This document shows positions 1 to 9,885 of a stretch of DNA of 64,000 nucleotides, piece by piece. The stretch spans positions 896,001 through 960,000 of the forward strand of contig CAWJCS010000003.1 in assembly GCA_963841435.1 (NCBI GenBank), in the 5' to 3' direction. Within the stretch, counting starts at the first letter, position 1, and every line of letters starts with the position of its first letter. The translations under genes and the position numbers were made by a program. The notes under the pieces are model-generated. The model was given only the letters and a program-made list of their open reading frames with translations, was not told where the DNA came from and made no database searches. Origin of the DNA: an uncultured delta proteobacterium (GTDB taxonomy: Bacteria > Myxococcota_A > Polyangia > Polyangiales > Polyangiaceae).

Positions 1-440
1 TCACCGAGCAGGAAGCGCGCCGTTCTACCCTCGGGCGCCCGCGCGAACGGCGCGAAGCGCGGCGTCTCCACGAGGTAGACGAGATCACCGATGGCCTCGT
101 CACGACGCCCGGCGAGCACCTTCTCCTCCACGACGGCAAGCTCGTCGCGCAGGCGCTGCGCGCTGAGCCCCTCGGTCGGCGCGAGGTGACGGGCGTCGAG
201 GGCCTTCTGGTACGAAAGGATGGCGGCGCTGCGCGTGTCGAGCGGCTGCGGCCCCGTCGGCGCGGCGGGCGCAGGCGCTTCGGCCGCGGGGGCTCCTTCC
301 GGCGCGGCGGAGGCGCCCTCGGGAGGCGCGGCGGGCGCGCCGGGGGCGCTCGACGTGGCGGCGCCGGACGGCGGGGGCTGAGCAAGCGCGGTCGACGTGA
401 AAAAGACGAGCAGCGAAACCCCCCCGAGCGCCGCTCGCAT
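1..440 (-). CDS. Exported protein, probably TPR-like/helical; 3' part runs off the window
   Basis: ATG at 440-438 overlaps the TGA of the upstream gene. Reads MRAALGGVSLLVFFTSTALAQ (signal peptide), a Pro/Ala linker, then helical AIGDLVYLVE; open to the window edge. Confidence 0.65.
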   Translation of the reverse strand, partial: MRAALGGVSLLVFFTSTALAQPPPSGAATSSAPGAPAAPPEGASAAPEGAPAAEAPAPAAPTGPQPLDTRSAAILSYQKALDARHLAPTEGLSAQRLRDELAVVEEKVLAGRRDEAIGDLVYLVETPRFAPFARAPEGRTARFLLG

Positions 441-1192
441 CAGTCGAGCACCTGCGCGCGGAGACGCACGCGAAGGTCGTACTCCCCGTCCTCGTCGTCC
501 GGGAAATCGTCGGCCATGTCGGAGTCGTCCTGGATGCGAAAGCTCGTTTCGAGGCGCTTGCTCTCCGGAACGACGACGGCGAATTTCGAGACCTGATACG
601 TACGATACGCGCGGTTGCGCGCGTCGTAGCGCTCGATCTCGACGCCGAGCATGTGATGGCCCGGCGCGACGGCGTGCTCGTACACGACCTGGGGCTCGTC
701 GCCGCCGCCGAAGCGCTCCGCCGCAGCGAAGATGACGCCGTCGTCGAGCGTGACCTTGAAGCTTGCGACGCGCGCGTCGTCGCCCTCGACGCCGACGAGC
801 ACGCGGAGCTTGCTCGAGAAGAGCGTCGTCGTCACGGCCGCCACGCGGCCGCGCAGCGCGGCGATGTCGGCGATGAGTCGATCGTAACCGGGCGGCGGCG
901 GCTTCGGCGCGCCCGAAGGGAACTCGTTGGGCTCGGGCGTGAGCGGCGAACGCTTCACGGCGGGGGTGTCACCCTGCGTTTTCGGCGGGGCCTCGCCGAG
1001 GTCGTCGCCGGACGCCGCGGAGCCGGGCGCGGGCTCGTCCTCGGTCGCGGCGGGCTCGGCCTTCGCCTCGGGGGGCTTCGCGGGCTCGGCGGCGGCCGCA
1101 GGCTTGACCCCCTTCTTGGAGCGCGGCTGTGCCTGGGCGCCGAATGCGATCCCGAGCACCAAGAGGCCGATCAGAGGGACCTTGCCTCGCAT
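440..1192 (-). CDS. Secreted hypothetical protein (signal peptide, low-complexity linker, short coiled coil, beta-rich C-terminus)
   Basis: 250-aa ORF with signal peptide MRGKVPLIGLLVLGIAFGAQA; translationally coupled to the next gene. Confidence 0.75.
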   Translation of the reverse strand: MRGKVPLIGLLVLGIAFGAQAQPRSKKGVKPAAAAEPAKPPEAKAEPAATEDEPAPGSAASGDDLGEAPPKTQGDTPAVKRSPLTPEPNEFPSGAPKPPPPGYDRLIADIAALRGRVAAVTTTLFSSKLRVLVGVEGDDARVASFKVTLDDGVIFAAAERFGGGDEPQVVYEHAVAPGHHMLGVEIERYDARNRAYRTYQVSKFAVVVPESKRLETSFRIQDDSDMADDFPDDEDGEYDLRVRLRAQVLD

Positions 1193-1259
1193 CGAGCGAT
1201 CGAGCCTAACACGCCTCCAAACGGCGAGAAAGACCCAGGAAACCCGGGCGGCGTCCCGG

Positions 1260-2007
1260 CTAGCCCTTCAGCTGGTTGGCGACCGCTTTCGCGGCCTTCT
1301 CGGCGGCCTCCGGGTCACCGAGGTAGTAGCGCGGCTTGATGGGCTTCAGGTTCGCGTCGAGCTCGTAGACGAGCGGGATGCCGGTCGGGATGTTGAGCTC
1401 GACGATGTCGGCGTCGCTCACGCCGTCGAGGTGCTTGACGAGGGCGCGCAGGCTATTGCCGTGCGCCGCGATGACGACGCGCTCGCCCCGCTTCACGCGC
1501 GGCGCGATGTCGCTCTCCCAGAAGGGCAGGAAGCGCTCGACCGTGTCCTTCAGGCACTCCGTCTTCGGGATCTCGTTCTTGGCGAGACCCGCGTAGCGGC
1601 GGTCCTTGCCGGGCCAGTGCTCGTGCGACTCGTCGAGGGCGGGCGGCGGCACGTCGTAGGAGCGGCGCCAGAATCTTGACCTGCTCCTCACCGTGGCGCG
1701 CGACCGTCTCGGCCTTGTTGAGGCCCTGCAGCGCGCCGTACATGCGCTCGTTCACGCGCCAGGTGCGCTGCACGGGGATCCACATCAGATCGAGGTCTTC
1801 GAGCACGATCCAGAGCGTCTTGATGGCGCGCTTGAGCACGGAGGTGAAGGCGAAATCGAAGCTCAGCCCGGCCTCCTCGAGCAGCCGCGCCGCTTCGTGC
1901 GCTTCCTTCACCCCGAGCTCGCTCAGCGGGACGTCCACCCAGCCGGTGAAGCGGTTGTCGAGGTTCCACTGGCTCTGACCGTGTCGCAACAAAACGAGCT
2001 TGTGCAT
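1260..2007 (-). CDS. gpmA: 2,3-bisphosphoglycerate-dependent phosphoglycerate mutase; +1 frameshift at about 1672
   Basis: [23 protein letters not shown] and [12 protein letters not shown] in one frame; [20 protein letters not shown] and [13 protein letters not shown] in the next. Removing one base restores QVKIWRRSY. Confidence 0.95.
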
Positions 2008-2203
2008 GGCGCTTCGTGTCCCCTTAGACGCGCGCCGGGGATGCTGCAAGCGGCGCGCAACAGGTCGCCGCCACCGAGCCGGCGCAGTCAGCTCGTTCGC
2101 CCGCGCTGCCGCCGACGAACCGGCACGTTTCGACGGCGCGGCATTTTCTTTTGATTGGGGCGACCGACGCGCGGCGGCGAAACGTGGACGCCGCACGTCG
2201 TTC

Positions 2204-2243
2204 CACCCGGACGCACCCGGACGCACCCGGACGCGCCCGAACG
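2204..2243. repeat. 10-bp tandem repeat CACCCGGACG x3 plus one degenerate copy
   Basis: Copies at 2204, 2214 and 2224, plus CGCCCGAACG at 2234; intergenic. Confidence 0.85.
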
Positions 2244-2296
2244 CGTCTCCGTGTGGGACTCCGGCGCTCGTCCGCCGGTCCCCGGCAAGTGCGGGG

Positions 2297-2980
2297 CTAG
2301 CTCGAGAACGGGATGAACAGGCTCAGACCGCCCGTGGCCGTGATGTCGTTCACGATCTTGTCGACGCCGAGCTGCACGCGCTGCTGCGAGTGCACGATGT
2401 CGCGCGTGTCGAGCCGGAACGCGAGCCATTCGGTGAGGTAGAACTTGAAGCCGAAGCCGCCGGAGCCGCTCAGGCCGAGATCACCCGGCTCGACGGTCGC
2501 GCCGCCGCCGAGCGCGACGTAAAAATCGTAGCGACCGATGGCGCCGCCGAGCCAGCGGACCTTGCCGTAGGCGATCGACCAGACCAGATGCCCGAGGAAG
2601 AACTGGATGGGGTTCGAATCCGCCTGGACGATGTCGATGAGGCCCTGCTGCCGCTGCTCGATGGCCTCGAGCAGGGAGTACTTCTGACGGGCGCGGAGGT
2701 AGCTTGCCTCGAGGCCGAGATCCTCGGTGAAGTGGAAGGTGTAGGCGCCGCCGTAGGTGGGAGCGCCGTCGGAGATGTCGCCCGCGTACCAGCCGCCGAA
2801 CGCCGAGATCTCGTGGCGGAGGGCCTTCTTGATGAGGCGCGGCACGACGCCGCGGTACGCGCGCTGGCCGATGAGCTGCTGCTTGAGCGCTTCGTCGACG
2901 CACTGGGCGCGGGCCTTTGCGGGCACGAGCAGGGCGAAGGCGACGGCCAGCGCGCCGAGCCAGACACGGACCGGGGGCAT
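2297..2980 (-). CDS. Outer-membrane beta-barrel protein (myxobacterial GltA/B/H-like type)
   Basis: Signal peptide from ATG 2980; [44 protein letters not shown]-terminal GLSLFIP. Confidence 0.75.
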   Translation of the reverse strand: MPPVRVWLGALAVAFALLVPAKARAQCVDEALKQQLIGQRAYRGVVPRLIKKALRHEISAFGGWYAGDISDGAPTYGGAYTFHFTEDLGLEASYLRARQKYSLLEAIEQRQQGLIDIVQADSNPIQFFLGHLVWSIAYGKVRWLGGAIGRYDFYVALGGGATVEPGDLGLSGSGGFGFKFYLTEWLAFRLDTRDIVHSQQRVQLGVDKIVNDITATGGLSLFIPFSS

Positions 2981-3203
2981 GTTCAGCGCGCCCTCGACGG
3001 GGGGCAGAACAACGCGGAAGCGGGTGCAGCGGCGCCGGCGCTCAACTCGCCATAGGGAACTATCACACCTGACACCGGCACGAAAAGCGCAGTTTTTCGC
3101 GCGGCCCCGCTGCCGTCTCGGGCACGCCTCGCTGCGCGGCCGACGGCGGCGGGGCGCGCCTCTCACGCCCCGCGCTGCGCGGTCGGCGCTAGGCTCTGGT
3201 TCC

Positions 3204-4541
3204 ATGCGGATACCGCTGTCTCTCGCGGCGCTCCTTCTGTTCGTGACGACGCGCGTCGCGGCCGAGCCGGCCCGGGGGGCGGACGCCTGCGCCGGCCCGC
3301 TCCGCTCGACGCTCACCACCGTCGGCTGCCGGCTCGCTGCCGGTCTCGGCGAGCGAGCGCAGGGCGCGCTCGTCATCGGCGTCACCCCCACGGCCGACCC
3401 ACCGGTCGCCGTGCGCGCCGAGCTCGCGAGCCGCCTCGCGCGGCTGGTCGCGGGGTCGATCGGGAGCGGCGCCACCGCCTGGCCCGCCGTGCTCGGCGCG
3501 GCGCGCGCCAGAGCGCTCTCCGACGGCCGGCGCCCGCTCGTGGTCGTCACGGCGCGCCTGGGCGACGCGCGCCTCGAGGTCACGGCCGACGCGTTCGTCG
3601 GCCGTGACACGCTGTGGCGCCGCCTGCGACGCGGGCGCTCGGGGCCCGTTTCGCACGCGTTCGCGGAGGGCCCACTCGACGCCGAGCTCAAGACGTTCTT
3701 GCCGCCCGTGCCGCTCGTCGCTCGCGAGATCATCAAGGGTCAGGGCGCCGACGCCGACCTCGTGGCGGTCGCCTGTGGCGACCTCGACGGCGACGGATCG
3801 CCCGAAATCGCAGCGCTCGGGCGTCGCCGAGTGTCCGTTTTGCGACTACGCGGGGGTCGCGTCGAAACGGCGGCGGCGAGGCCGCTCACGGCGCTCGCGC
3901 CCGTCGCCGGCACGCCGCTCCGCGAGCCGATCGCCGCGGCGTGGATCCCCGCGAAAGGAGCGCTCGACCTCGGCGTGACCGATCGAGCGGCCGCGCTGCG
4001 CCTGGACGCGAAGCTCCAGAGCGTGACGCCGCTCGCCGGGCGGCTGCCGTGGCCGGGAGGAGGCTGTGCGAACGTCGCCGAGCTCGGCGTGGCGCCGAAG
4101 CTCGAGCCGTGCCGTCCGGGAGAGGCGGCGCCGGGCGGCGAGGCCCCGGGCGCCGGAGCGGGCGATGCGCTCGCGGGCGCGCGCGTGACGCGGCGTGACG
4201 GCTCGGTCGCCGTCGTGCGTGCCGTACGGCTGCTCGGCACGAGCACGGCGAGCATCCGCGACGGCGCGCGCACGCTCACGGTCGAGCCCGTGGGAGCCGA
4301 GCTCGCCGTCGGGGACCTCGACGGCGACGGCTCGGCGGAGCTCGTCGCGAGCCTGGACACGCAAAAGCGCGAGGAGGACGCCATCGTCGTCTACGGCTTC
4401 TCCGCCGACGGTCAGGCGAGCGAGCGCTTCCGTCTACCCGTGCCGAGCGGCGTGCGCGCCGTCGGCGTGTGTCCGCTGCGCTCGAGCGCGATGGCGCCGA
4501 TCGTGGTTGCCACGGGAGATGGCCTTTGGCTCGTGCGCTGA
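3204..4541 (+). CDS. Secreted FG-GAP/VCBS-like repeat protein
   Basis: Signal peptide from ATG 3204; two GDLDGDGSxE motifs. Confidence 0.75.
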   Translation: MRIPLSLAALLLFVTTRVAAEPARGADACAGPLRSTLTTVGCRLAAGLGERAQGALVIGVTPTADPPVAVRAELASRLARLVAGSIGSGATAWPAVLGAARARALSDGRRPLVVVTARLGDARLEVTADAFVGRDTLWRRLRRGRSGPVSHAFAEGPLDAELKTFLPPVPLVAREIIKGQGADADLVAVACGDLDGDGSPEIAALGRRRVSVLRLRGGRVETAAARPLTALAPVAGTPLREPIAAAWIPAKGALDLGVTDRAAALRLDAKLQSVTPLAGRLPWPGGGCANVAELGVAPKLEPCRPGEAAPGGEAPGAGAGDALAGARVTRRDGSVAVVRAVRLLGTSTASIRDGARTLTVEPVGAELAVGDLDGDGSAELVASLDTQKREEDAIVVYGFSADGQASERFRLPVPSGVRAVGVCPLRSSAMAPIVVATGDGLWLVR

Positions 4542-5869
4542 GGCCGGGAGCGCCCGCGCGCGCAAGCCGCCGCGCCTTCGGAGCGCTCCTTCTGCTCGCG
4601 CCCGGCGCGAGCGCGCTCGGGCGGACGCCGCTCGGCGGCACGCTGCGACTGAGCGTGCCGTTTTCGACCCGCGAGCTCGATCCGCACGCGGGCGACAGCG
4701 CGATCGCGGCGTTGTTCGCGCCAGCCGTCGCCGATCCGCTGTTCGCGCTCGACGAGGAAGGGCGCCCCTACGCGGCGCTCGCCGAAGCGCTGCCCGAGCG
4801 CACCGCCGAGGGCGCGCGCCTCACGTTGCGCGCCGGGCTCGTGAGCGCACGCGGCAAGCGCCTCGACGCGCGCGACGTGGCCTTCTCGCTCGCCCGCGCC
4901 GCCCGCCTCGGCGGGGCCGCGACGCTCGGCGAGCTCCCGGCGCCGAGCCCCGATGCGCGCGACAGGCTCGCGCTCGTGTTTCCCGGCGCAGACCCGACGG
5001 CGGTCGCCGTCGCGCTCGCGAGCCCTCTCACCGCGCTCGTCCCGCGCGGCTTCTCCGCGGCTCGCCCCGACGGCACGGGCGCATTCCGGGCCACCGTGAC
5101 GGCGTCGGGACTGACGCTCGAGCGCAACGTCGTCGCGGCGCGCGGCCCGGCGTTCCTCGAACGCGTCGAGGTGACGCGCGCCGCCGGTCTCGCCGACGCG
5201 CTGCGCGCCTTCGAGTCGGCGCGGGCCGACGTGGGTTGGCTCGGAGCGGGCCTTCACCAGCCGCGGCGCGGCTCGGTGGCACTCGCCGGGCCGGACTACG
5301 GGCTGCTCGTGCTCCGCACCGGACGCGAGGCGCGCGCCTGGGCCGCGCCGGGCATCGCGCAGGGGCTCCTCGACCGCGTGCCGCCGGGCGCCCTCGCGCA
5401 CCTCGGCGTGCGAGACGTGGGCGGCACGCGACGCGCGGGCGCGCTGTGGGACGGCGGTGCCGCCGAGCTCGTCGTGGCATCCGACGAACCGATGCTCGGC
5501 GAGATTGCCGAGGCGCTCGCGGGCCTGCTCGCACCGCGCGCGGGGACGCTCGCCGCGCGCGGCGTCCCGCCGAGCGAGCTTGCCGCACGGCGAGCCACGG
5601 GCGCCTTCGCGCTCATGCTCGACTTCGTGCGCCTCGCCGGTCCGCCGGGGCGCGCAACCTTGCTCGCGCTGCTCGCCGCGACGAGCCCCGAACTCGCGCG
5701 CCGCCCGCCGCGCCCACCGTCTTACGAGCCACGCGACGTGGCACGCACTCTCCCGCTCGGCGTCGTGGGCGCCCTGCACGTCACGGGCGCGCGGGTGCCC
5801 GAGCTCGGCGGGCTCGAGCACTGGCAGCTCGGCAACGCCTATCTCACGCCGAATAGCGCACCGCCCTGA
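4538..5869 (+). CDS. ABC-transporter substrate-binding protein, family 5-like (start uncertain)
   Basis: GGTLRLSVP..LDP, DPLFALDEEGRPYAALA, LDARDVAFSL, DGTGAF; Tat-like SRRAF near the N-terminus. Confidence 0.7.
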   Translation: MRPGAPARASRRAFGALLLLAPGASALGRTPLGGTLRLSVPFSTRELDPHAGDSAIAALFAPAVADPLFALDEEGRPYAALAEALPERTAEGARLTLRAGLVSARGKRLDARDVAFSLARAARLGGAATLGELPAPSPDARDRLALVFPGADPTAVAVALASPLTALVPRGFSAARPDGTGAFRATVTASGLTLERNVVAARGPAFLERVEVTRAAGLADALRAFESARADVGWLGAGLHQPRRGSVALAGPDYGLLVLRTGREARAWAAPGIAQGLLDRVPPGALAHLGVRDVGGTRRAGALWDGGAAELVVASDEPMLGEIAEALAGLLAPRAGTLAARGVPPSELAARRATGAFALMLDFVRLAGPPGRATLLALLAATSPELARRPPRPPSYEPRDVARTLPLGVVGALHVTGARVPELGGLEHWQLGNAYLTPNSAPP

Positions 5870-5933
5870 CGTTGGCGGCGACGCGTCACGCGGCGCCGGG
5901 ACGACCGCGCTACGACCGCGGCACCGTTCGCCG

Positions 5934-6797
5934 TCAGCGGGCGGCGTCGAGCACGGCGCGGCCCGCCGCTTCGAAGTGGGCCTGTAAGACGGCGCCGGGG
6001 ACGGCCGCGTCGCGCCGCGCCGAGATGCTGCGGGCGGCGTCGAAGGCGGCGCCTTCGAGGCCGAGCGCCGTGTAGAGCGCGCCCTCGAGCTCGGCGAAGA
6101 GCGCTTCCTCGTCGGGGCCGAGCGGGCCGCACTCGGGGGCCGCCCGGCCGCGGTCGCGCGCGAGGCGGCGCCGCGCGGCCATCTTCAGCCGCATCTTGAG
6201 GACCGACAGCAGGTACACCGACGAGCCGTTCATGTCGGACGCGAGCCGGTCGCGGTCGGCGCGCCAGGCCGCGTCGAGGTCGAGCTCGGCCGCGCGCCAG
6301 GCGGGCGCCCCGGCGAGGCCCGCGAGCGCGGAGAAGTAGCCCACCTGCTCGGTGTGGTGCTCCTCGCTCGCGAACTTGTCGAGGTGACACAGGTCGTGGA
6401 TCAAGAATTCGAAGCCGTCACGCGGACCGTGCTCGACCGAGACGGGGAGCAGGCTCGCGCAGCGCGCACCGCGCGCCTGCAGCGCGAGCACGTGCGCCGC
6501 GGCGGGCACGTCGCGGCGAAGCTCGACGGAAAAGCCGCCCGACCAGCGAAACAGCGCCCGCACGGCGCGCTCGGGCACGCGGCAGAGCCGCCGTGTCGCG
6601 AGCAGCGAGAGCGCGGGCGACGGTGGCCCGCCGAGCGGCTCGCGCCGCGCGCCCTGATCAGCGCGGCGGCCGAGCGCCTGCGCGGCGCGCTCGACGAGGT
6701 ACGCGGCGGCGTGCTCGGCGTCGTTTTCGGGCGTGGAACGGCTCGGCCCGCCGGCGTCGACGCTGTCGAGCAGCGGTCGCCCCAAAAAACCAACCAT
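5934..6797 (-). CDS. Hypothetical protein with HDLCH motif
   Basis: 287-aa ORF filling the gap; FLIHDLCHLDKF, HHTEQVGYF, SDMNG. Confidence 0.6.
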   Translation of the reverse strand: MVGFLGRPLLDSVDAGGPSRSTPENDAEHAAAYLVERAAQALGRRADQGARREPLGGPPSPALSLLATRRLCRVPERAVRALFRWSGGFSVELRRDVPAAAHVLALQARGARCASLLPVSVEHGPRDGFEFLIHDLCHLDKFASEEHHTEQVGYFSALAGLAGAPAWRAAELDLDAAWRADRDRLASDMNGSSVYLLSVLKMRLKMAARRRLARDRGRAAPECGPLGPDEEALFAELEGALYTALGLEGAAFDAARSISARRDAAVPGAVLQAHFEAAGRAVLDAAR

Positions 6798-6827
6798 CGC
6801 CTCGCGTCCCGGGCTGCACCGCGCGCG

Positions 6828-7589
6828 CTACGGTACCTTGGTCGGCTCCGGCAGCTGGGCGCCGCCGCGCACGGCCTTGACGATGCTTTCGCTGAGCTTG
6901 TCGTCGGCCTTCACGCATTTCAGGCTCACGTCGCCGCTCGTCGCGCCCTTGCACTCCTTGCGACGCGCCTGGTACGCCTCGTTGATGGTGCTGTCGGTGC
7001 GCAGTGCTTCCTGCACGTTGTCGTCGAGGAAGCGCCAGTCGATGTGGGCCGCCTTGGGCTGCGGCGGCTTGTCGAGCGTCATCTCCTCGGCCGAGAGCGT
7101 CACGCAGCTGCCGTCCCAGCGCAGCGCGTCGTAGCTTGCACCCGCGCCGCTCACCTGCATGCCGCCGAGATCGGCCTTTCGCTCCATCAGCACGAGGACT
7201 TCCTCGTCGAACTCGAGCCAGCCGTTGTCCGACGCGCCACCCGAAGCGTTCCAGGCCCTGGTTTTTCCGCGCAGGTAGCCGCGCGCCCACGGCGAGCCGT
7301 TGGCGAACAGGTAGAGCGCCACGCCGGGAAAGCTCGCGGCGCAGAGCCTTTCGACGAATTTTCGCGGCGGGACGCAGGTGCCACCCTTCTTGCTGCACTC
7401 CTTGGGGACGCCCGCCGTCTCGCTCGCGCGGGTCGCTTCGCCCTCGCCGGCGCTCGACCCGTCACCCTCGTCGCTCGCGGGGCCCTCGGCGGCGTCGCTC
7501 GATGCCGAGGGCGCGGCCGGCGGGGGTGCGCCGCCACCGCAGGCGAGCAGAAAGAGCGCGACGGGGATCGGAAGCTCGAAGGCACGCAT
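6828..7589 (-). CDS. Cys-rich lipoprotein
   Basis: Lipobox LLAC-GGG, low-complexity linker, paired cysteines. Confidence 0.75.
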   Translation of the reverse strand: MRAFELPIPVALFLLACGGGAPPPAAPSASSDAAEGPASDEGDGSSAGEGEATRASETAGVPKECSKKGGTCVPPRKFVERLCAASFPGVALYLFANGSPWARGYLRGKTRAWNASGGASDNGWLEFDEEVLVLMERKADLGGMQVSGAGASYDALRWDGSCVTLSAEEMTLDKPPQPKAAHIDWRFLDDNVQEALRTDSTINEAYQARRKECKGATSGDVSLKCVKADDKLSESIVKAVRGGAQLPEPTKVP

Positions 7590-7594
7590 GGTCG

Positions 7595-8326
7595 TCATTT
7601 CCCCTTGACGTTCGGCGGCACGGCGACGGTCGCCTTCGCTTTCCAGTGGTCGACACTCGCCTTGACGCGGGCAAGCTGCCTGACGGCGCGGCGATTGGCC
7701 GGACCCGTCCCGAGGCCCCAGAGCCCCACGTCGAGCTCGACGCTCTCGCCGTTGCCGAGCGGCTTCATGCCGTGCTTGCCAGGCCATTCGCGTGAAAGCT
7801 TGACGGTGGTTCCGGCGCCGAGCGGCTGGTCGCCATCGCCCTCGCGCTCGTCCCCGAAGGACTCGGCGTCGCTCTTGCCCCCGCGCTTGACCGCACCGGC
7901 GAACGCGAGCGGTCCGTTCTTCGGAGCGAGCAGCGAGCGGTCCTCGCTCGCCGTGGCCGAGACGACGACGCGCACGCCGAAGCCCGCGGGCGTCCGCACC
8001 GTCTCGGCTTTGATCATGAAGCGCACGTCGTCGACCTCGGCCTTGAGCCCCTCGGGCATGAGCACGTAACGAACGGTGCGCTGGGCGTTCGGGTCGCGCG
8101 CCGGCGGTGCGGGCTCGTCCGGCTGATCGTCGGCGGGCACCGTGTCGTCGGTCCGAGCGGGATCGGAGCCGACGCTCTCCGCGGGCTCCAAAGGGGGCGG
8201 CTCGGGCGCGACGCTCGCGGGCGCTTCGGGGGCCGCGGCCGCTGGGGTTTCGGCGGCGCCGCCGCCGCAGGCGACGAGCGCCATCGCGAGGGGAGCGAGA
8301 AGGACGAGCGGAGCAATGACCCGCAT
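7595..8326 (-). CDS. Lipoprotein
   Basis: Lipobox LVAC-GGG, Pro-rich linker, beta-rich domain. Confidence 0.75.
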   Translation of the reverse strand: MRVIAPLVLLAPLAMALVACGGGAAETPAAAAPEAPASVAPEPPPLEPAESVGSDPARTDDTVPADDQPDEPAPPARDPNAQRTVRYVLMPEGLKAEVDDVRFMIKAETVRTPAGFGVRVVVSATASEDRSLLAPKNGPLAFAGAVKRGGKSDAESFGDEREGDGDQPLGAGTTVKLSREWPGKHGMKPLGNGESVELDVGLWGLGTGPANRRAVRQLARVKASVDHWKAKATVAVPPNVKGK

Positions 8327-8487
8327 CGCTCCCTCTTACCCTGGAAAATGCACGGCTTGAAAGGCCCTTGCCTCGACCGCCCGAGCCGGCGGGGCCCTCG
8401 GGCGCGCGAGCACGCGAACGACGCGTCGCGCCACGGCCGAAAAGTACCATCGCCACGTCACACACGCGAGGCTACGCTTCGCGCCAA

Positions 8488-9834
8488 ATGACCGGCGGAG
8501 AGCGCGAATCCGGGACCCCGCCGAGCGGAGCCGCACCCCACGGTGCACCGCGCTTCCAGAAGATCCGCCGCATGAACCGGGGGGGCATCGGTTGCATCGA
8601 CGTAGCCAGGGACCCGGTGATCGGGCGCCGCGTCGCCATCAAGGTGTTGCGCTCGGAGCTCGAGGGCAACGATGCCGCCGCGCTCAAGTTCGCCGAGGAG
8701 GCGCAGATCACGGGTCAGCTCGAGCACCCGAACATCGTGCCCATCTACGATCTCGGGTACGACGAGCGCGGTCCGTACATCGTGATGAAGCTCATCCGCG
8801 GGCTCAGCCTCGCGGAAGCGATTGCCGACGTGCGCGGCCGCGAGCGCCCCGAGCGGCTGCAGGAGCTCGTCGAGGTCGTGCTCAAGCTGTGCGATGCGCT
8901 CGCGTTCGCCCACAGCCGCGGCGTGATTCACTGCGACGTTAAGCCCGAGAACGTGATGGTGGGGGATTTCGGCCAGGTTTACCTGATGGATTGGGGGGTG
9001 GCGCTCGTCGCCTCGGGACGCGAGGGCTCCCCGAGCCAACGCGGCACGCTGCCGCCCCCCGCTTCGCCGCAAAAGGAGCCCTGCGATGCCGCCGAGCACG
9101 ACTCGTTCGTGCACATCGACATGTCCGCCGTCTCGAGCAGCAAGGTGTGGGGCACGCCGGCCTACATGGCGCCCGAGCAAGTGTCGGCCAGGAGCGAAGC
9201 CATCGACGAGCGCACCGACGTCTTCGGCATCGGCGGCATCCTGCACGAGATCCTCACGGGCCGACCGCCCAACGACTGGCAGAAGCTGATCGGGCCGGGG
9301 CTCAACCACCCGCTCGAATCGTTGCCCGACAAGAGCGACCTCTGGCCGCGCCTGCCACCGGAGCTCTGCCGCATCGCACTTAGGGCGCTCTCGCCGAAGA
9401 GCGAGGACCGCTACCCCACGATCCCCGCGCTCAAGGCCGATCTCGAGCAGTTCTTGCGCGGCGGGGGCTGGTTCGAGACCCAGACCTTCCCGCCCGGTGC
9501 CCTCGTGATTTCCGAAGGAGCGCCCGGCGACGCCGCGTACATCATCGAGAGCGGGCACGCCGACGTGTTCAAGCACATGAACGGCGAGCGCACCTTCGTG
9601 CGCCGTCTCGGCCCGGGGGAGGTCTTCGGTGAAACGGCCGTGCTCACGGGCGGCGCGCGCACCGCGACCGTCGTCGCAGTTGACGCGCTGAGGCTCAAGG
9701 TGATCACGGGTGAGTCGCTGAACCGGGAGCTCGATCTGAACCCATGGCTCGCGGCGTTCGTGCGCTCGCTCGCGAGGCTATTTAGCGAGACGGACCAGCG
9801 TCTGTCACGACCGGAGGGGCTCGGTCGCACGTAG
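8488..9834 (+). CDS. Hanks-type Ser/Thr protein kinase with C-terminal cyclic-nucleotide-binding domain
   Basis: RGGIG, VAIK, LEHPNIVPIYD, HCDVKPEN, DWG, GTPAYMAPE; C-terminal EGAPGDAAYIIESG and FGETAVLTGGARTATV. Confidence 0.92.
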   Translation: MTGGERESGTPPSGAAPHGAPRFQKIRRMNRGGIGCIDVARDPVIGRRVAIKVLRSELEGNDAAALKFAEEAQITGQLEHPNIVPIYDLGYDERGPYIVMKLIRGLSLAEAIADVRGRERPERLQELVEVVLKLCDALAFAHSRGVIHCDVKPENVMVGDFGQVYLMDWGVALVASGREGSPSQRGTLPPPASPQKEPCDAAEHDSFVHIDMSAVSSSKVWGTPAYMAPEQVSARSEAIDERTDVFGIGGILHEILTGRPPNDWQKLIGPGLNHPLESLPDKSDLWPRLPPELCRIALRALSPKSEDRYPTIPALKADLEQFLRGGGWFETQTFPPGALVISEGAPGDAAYIIESGHADVFKHMNGERTFVRRLGPGEVFGETAVLTGGARTATVVAVDALRLKVITGESLNRELDLNPWLAAFVRSLARLFSETDQRLSRPEGLGRT

Positions 9835-9885
9835 GGGGCGGAGGTCGGTAGCGAGAGAAAAAACCAGCAGCGAGAGGGAGACGCC

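Noticed and set aside
1260-2007. gpmA and the other split genes as true pseudogenes or programmed frameshifts
   Set aside because: Each has isolated single-base indels with otherwise intact motifs, a shared sequence context and no slippery heptamer; read error is more parsimonious.
3075-3092. Sigma54-like promoter (CGGCACG-N-GC)
   Set aside because: The -12 element is a poor match, and such matches are frequent by chance at this GC content.
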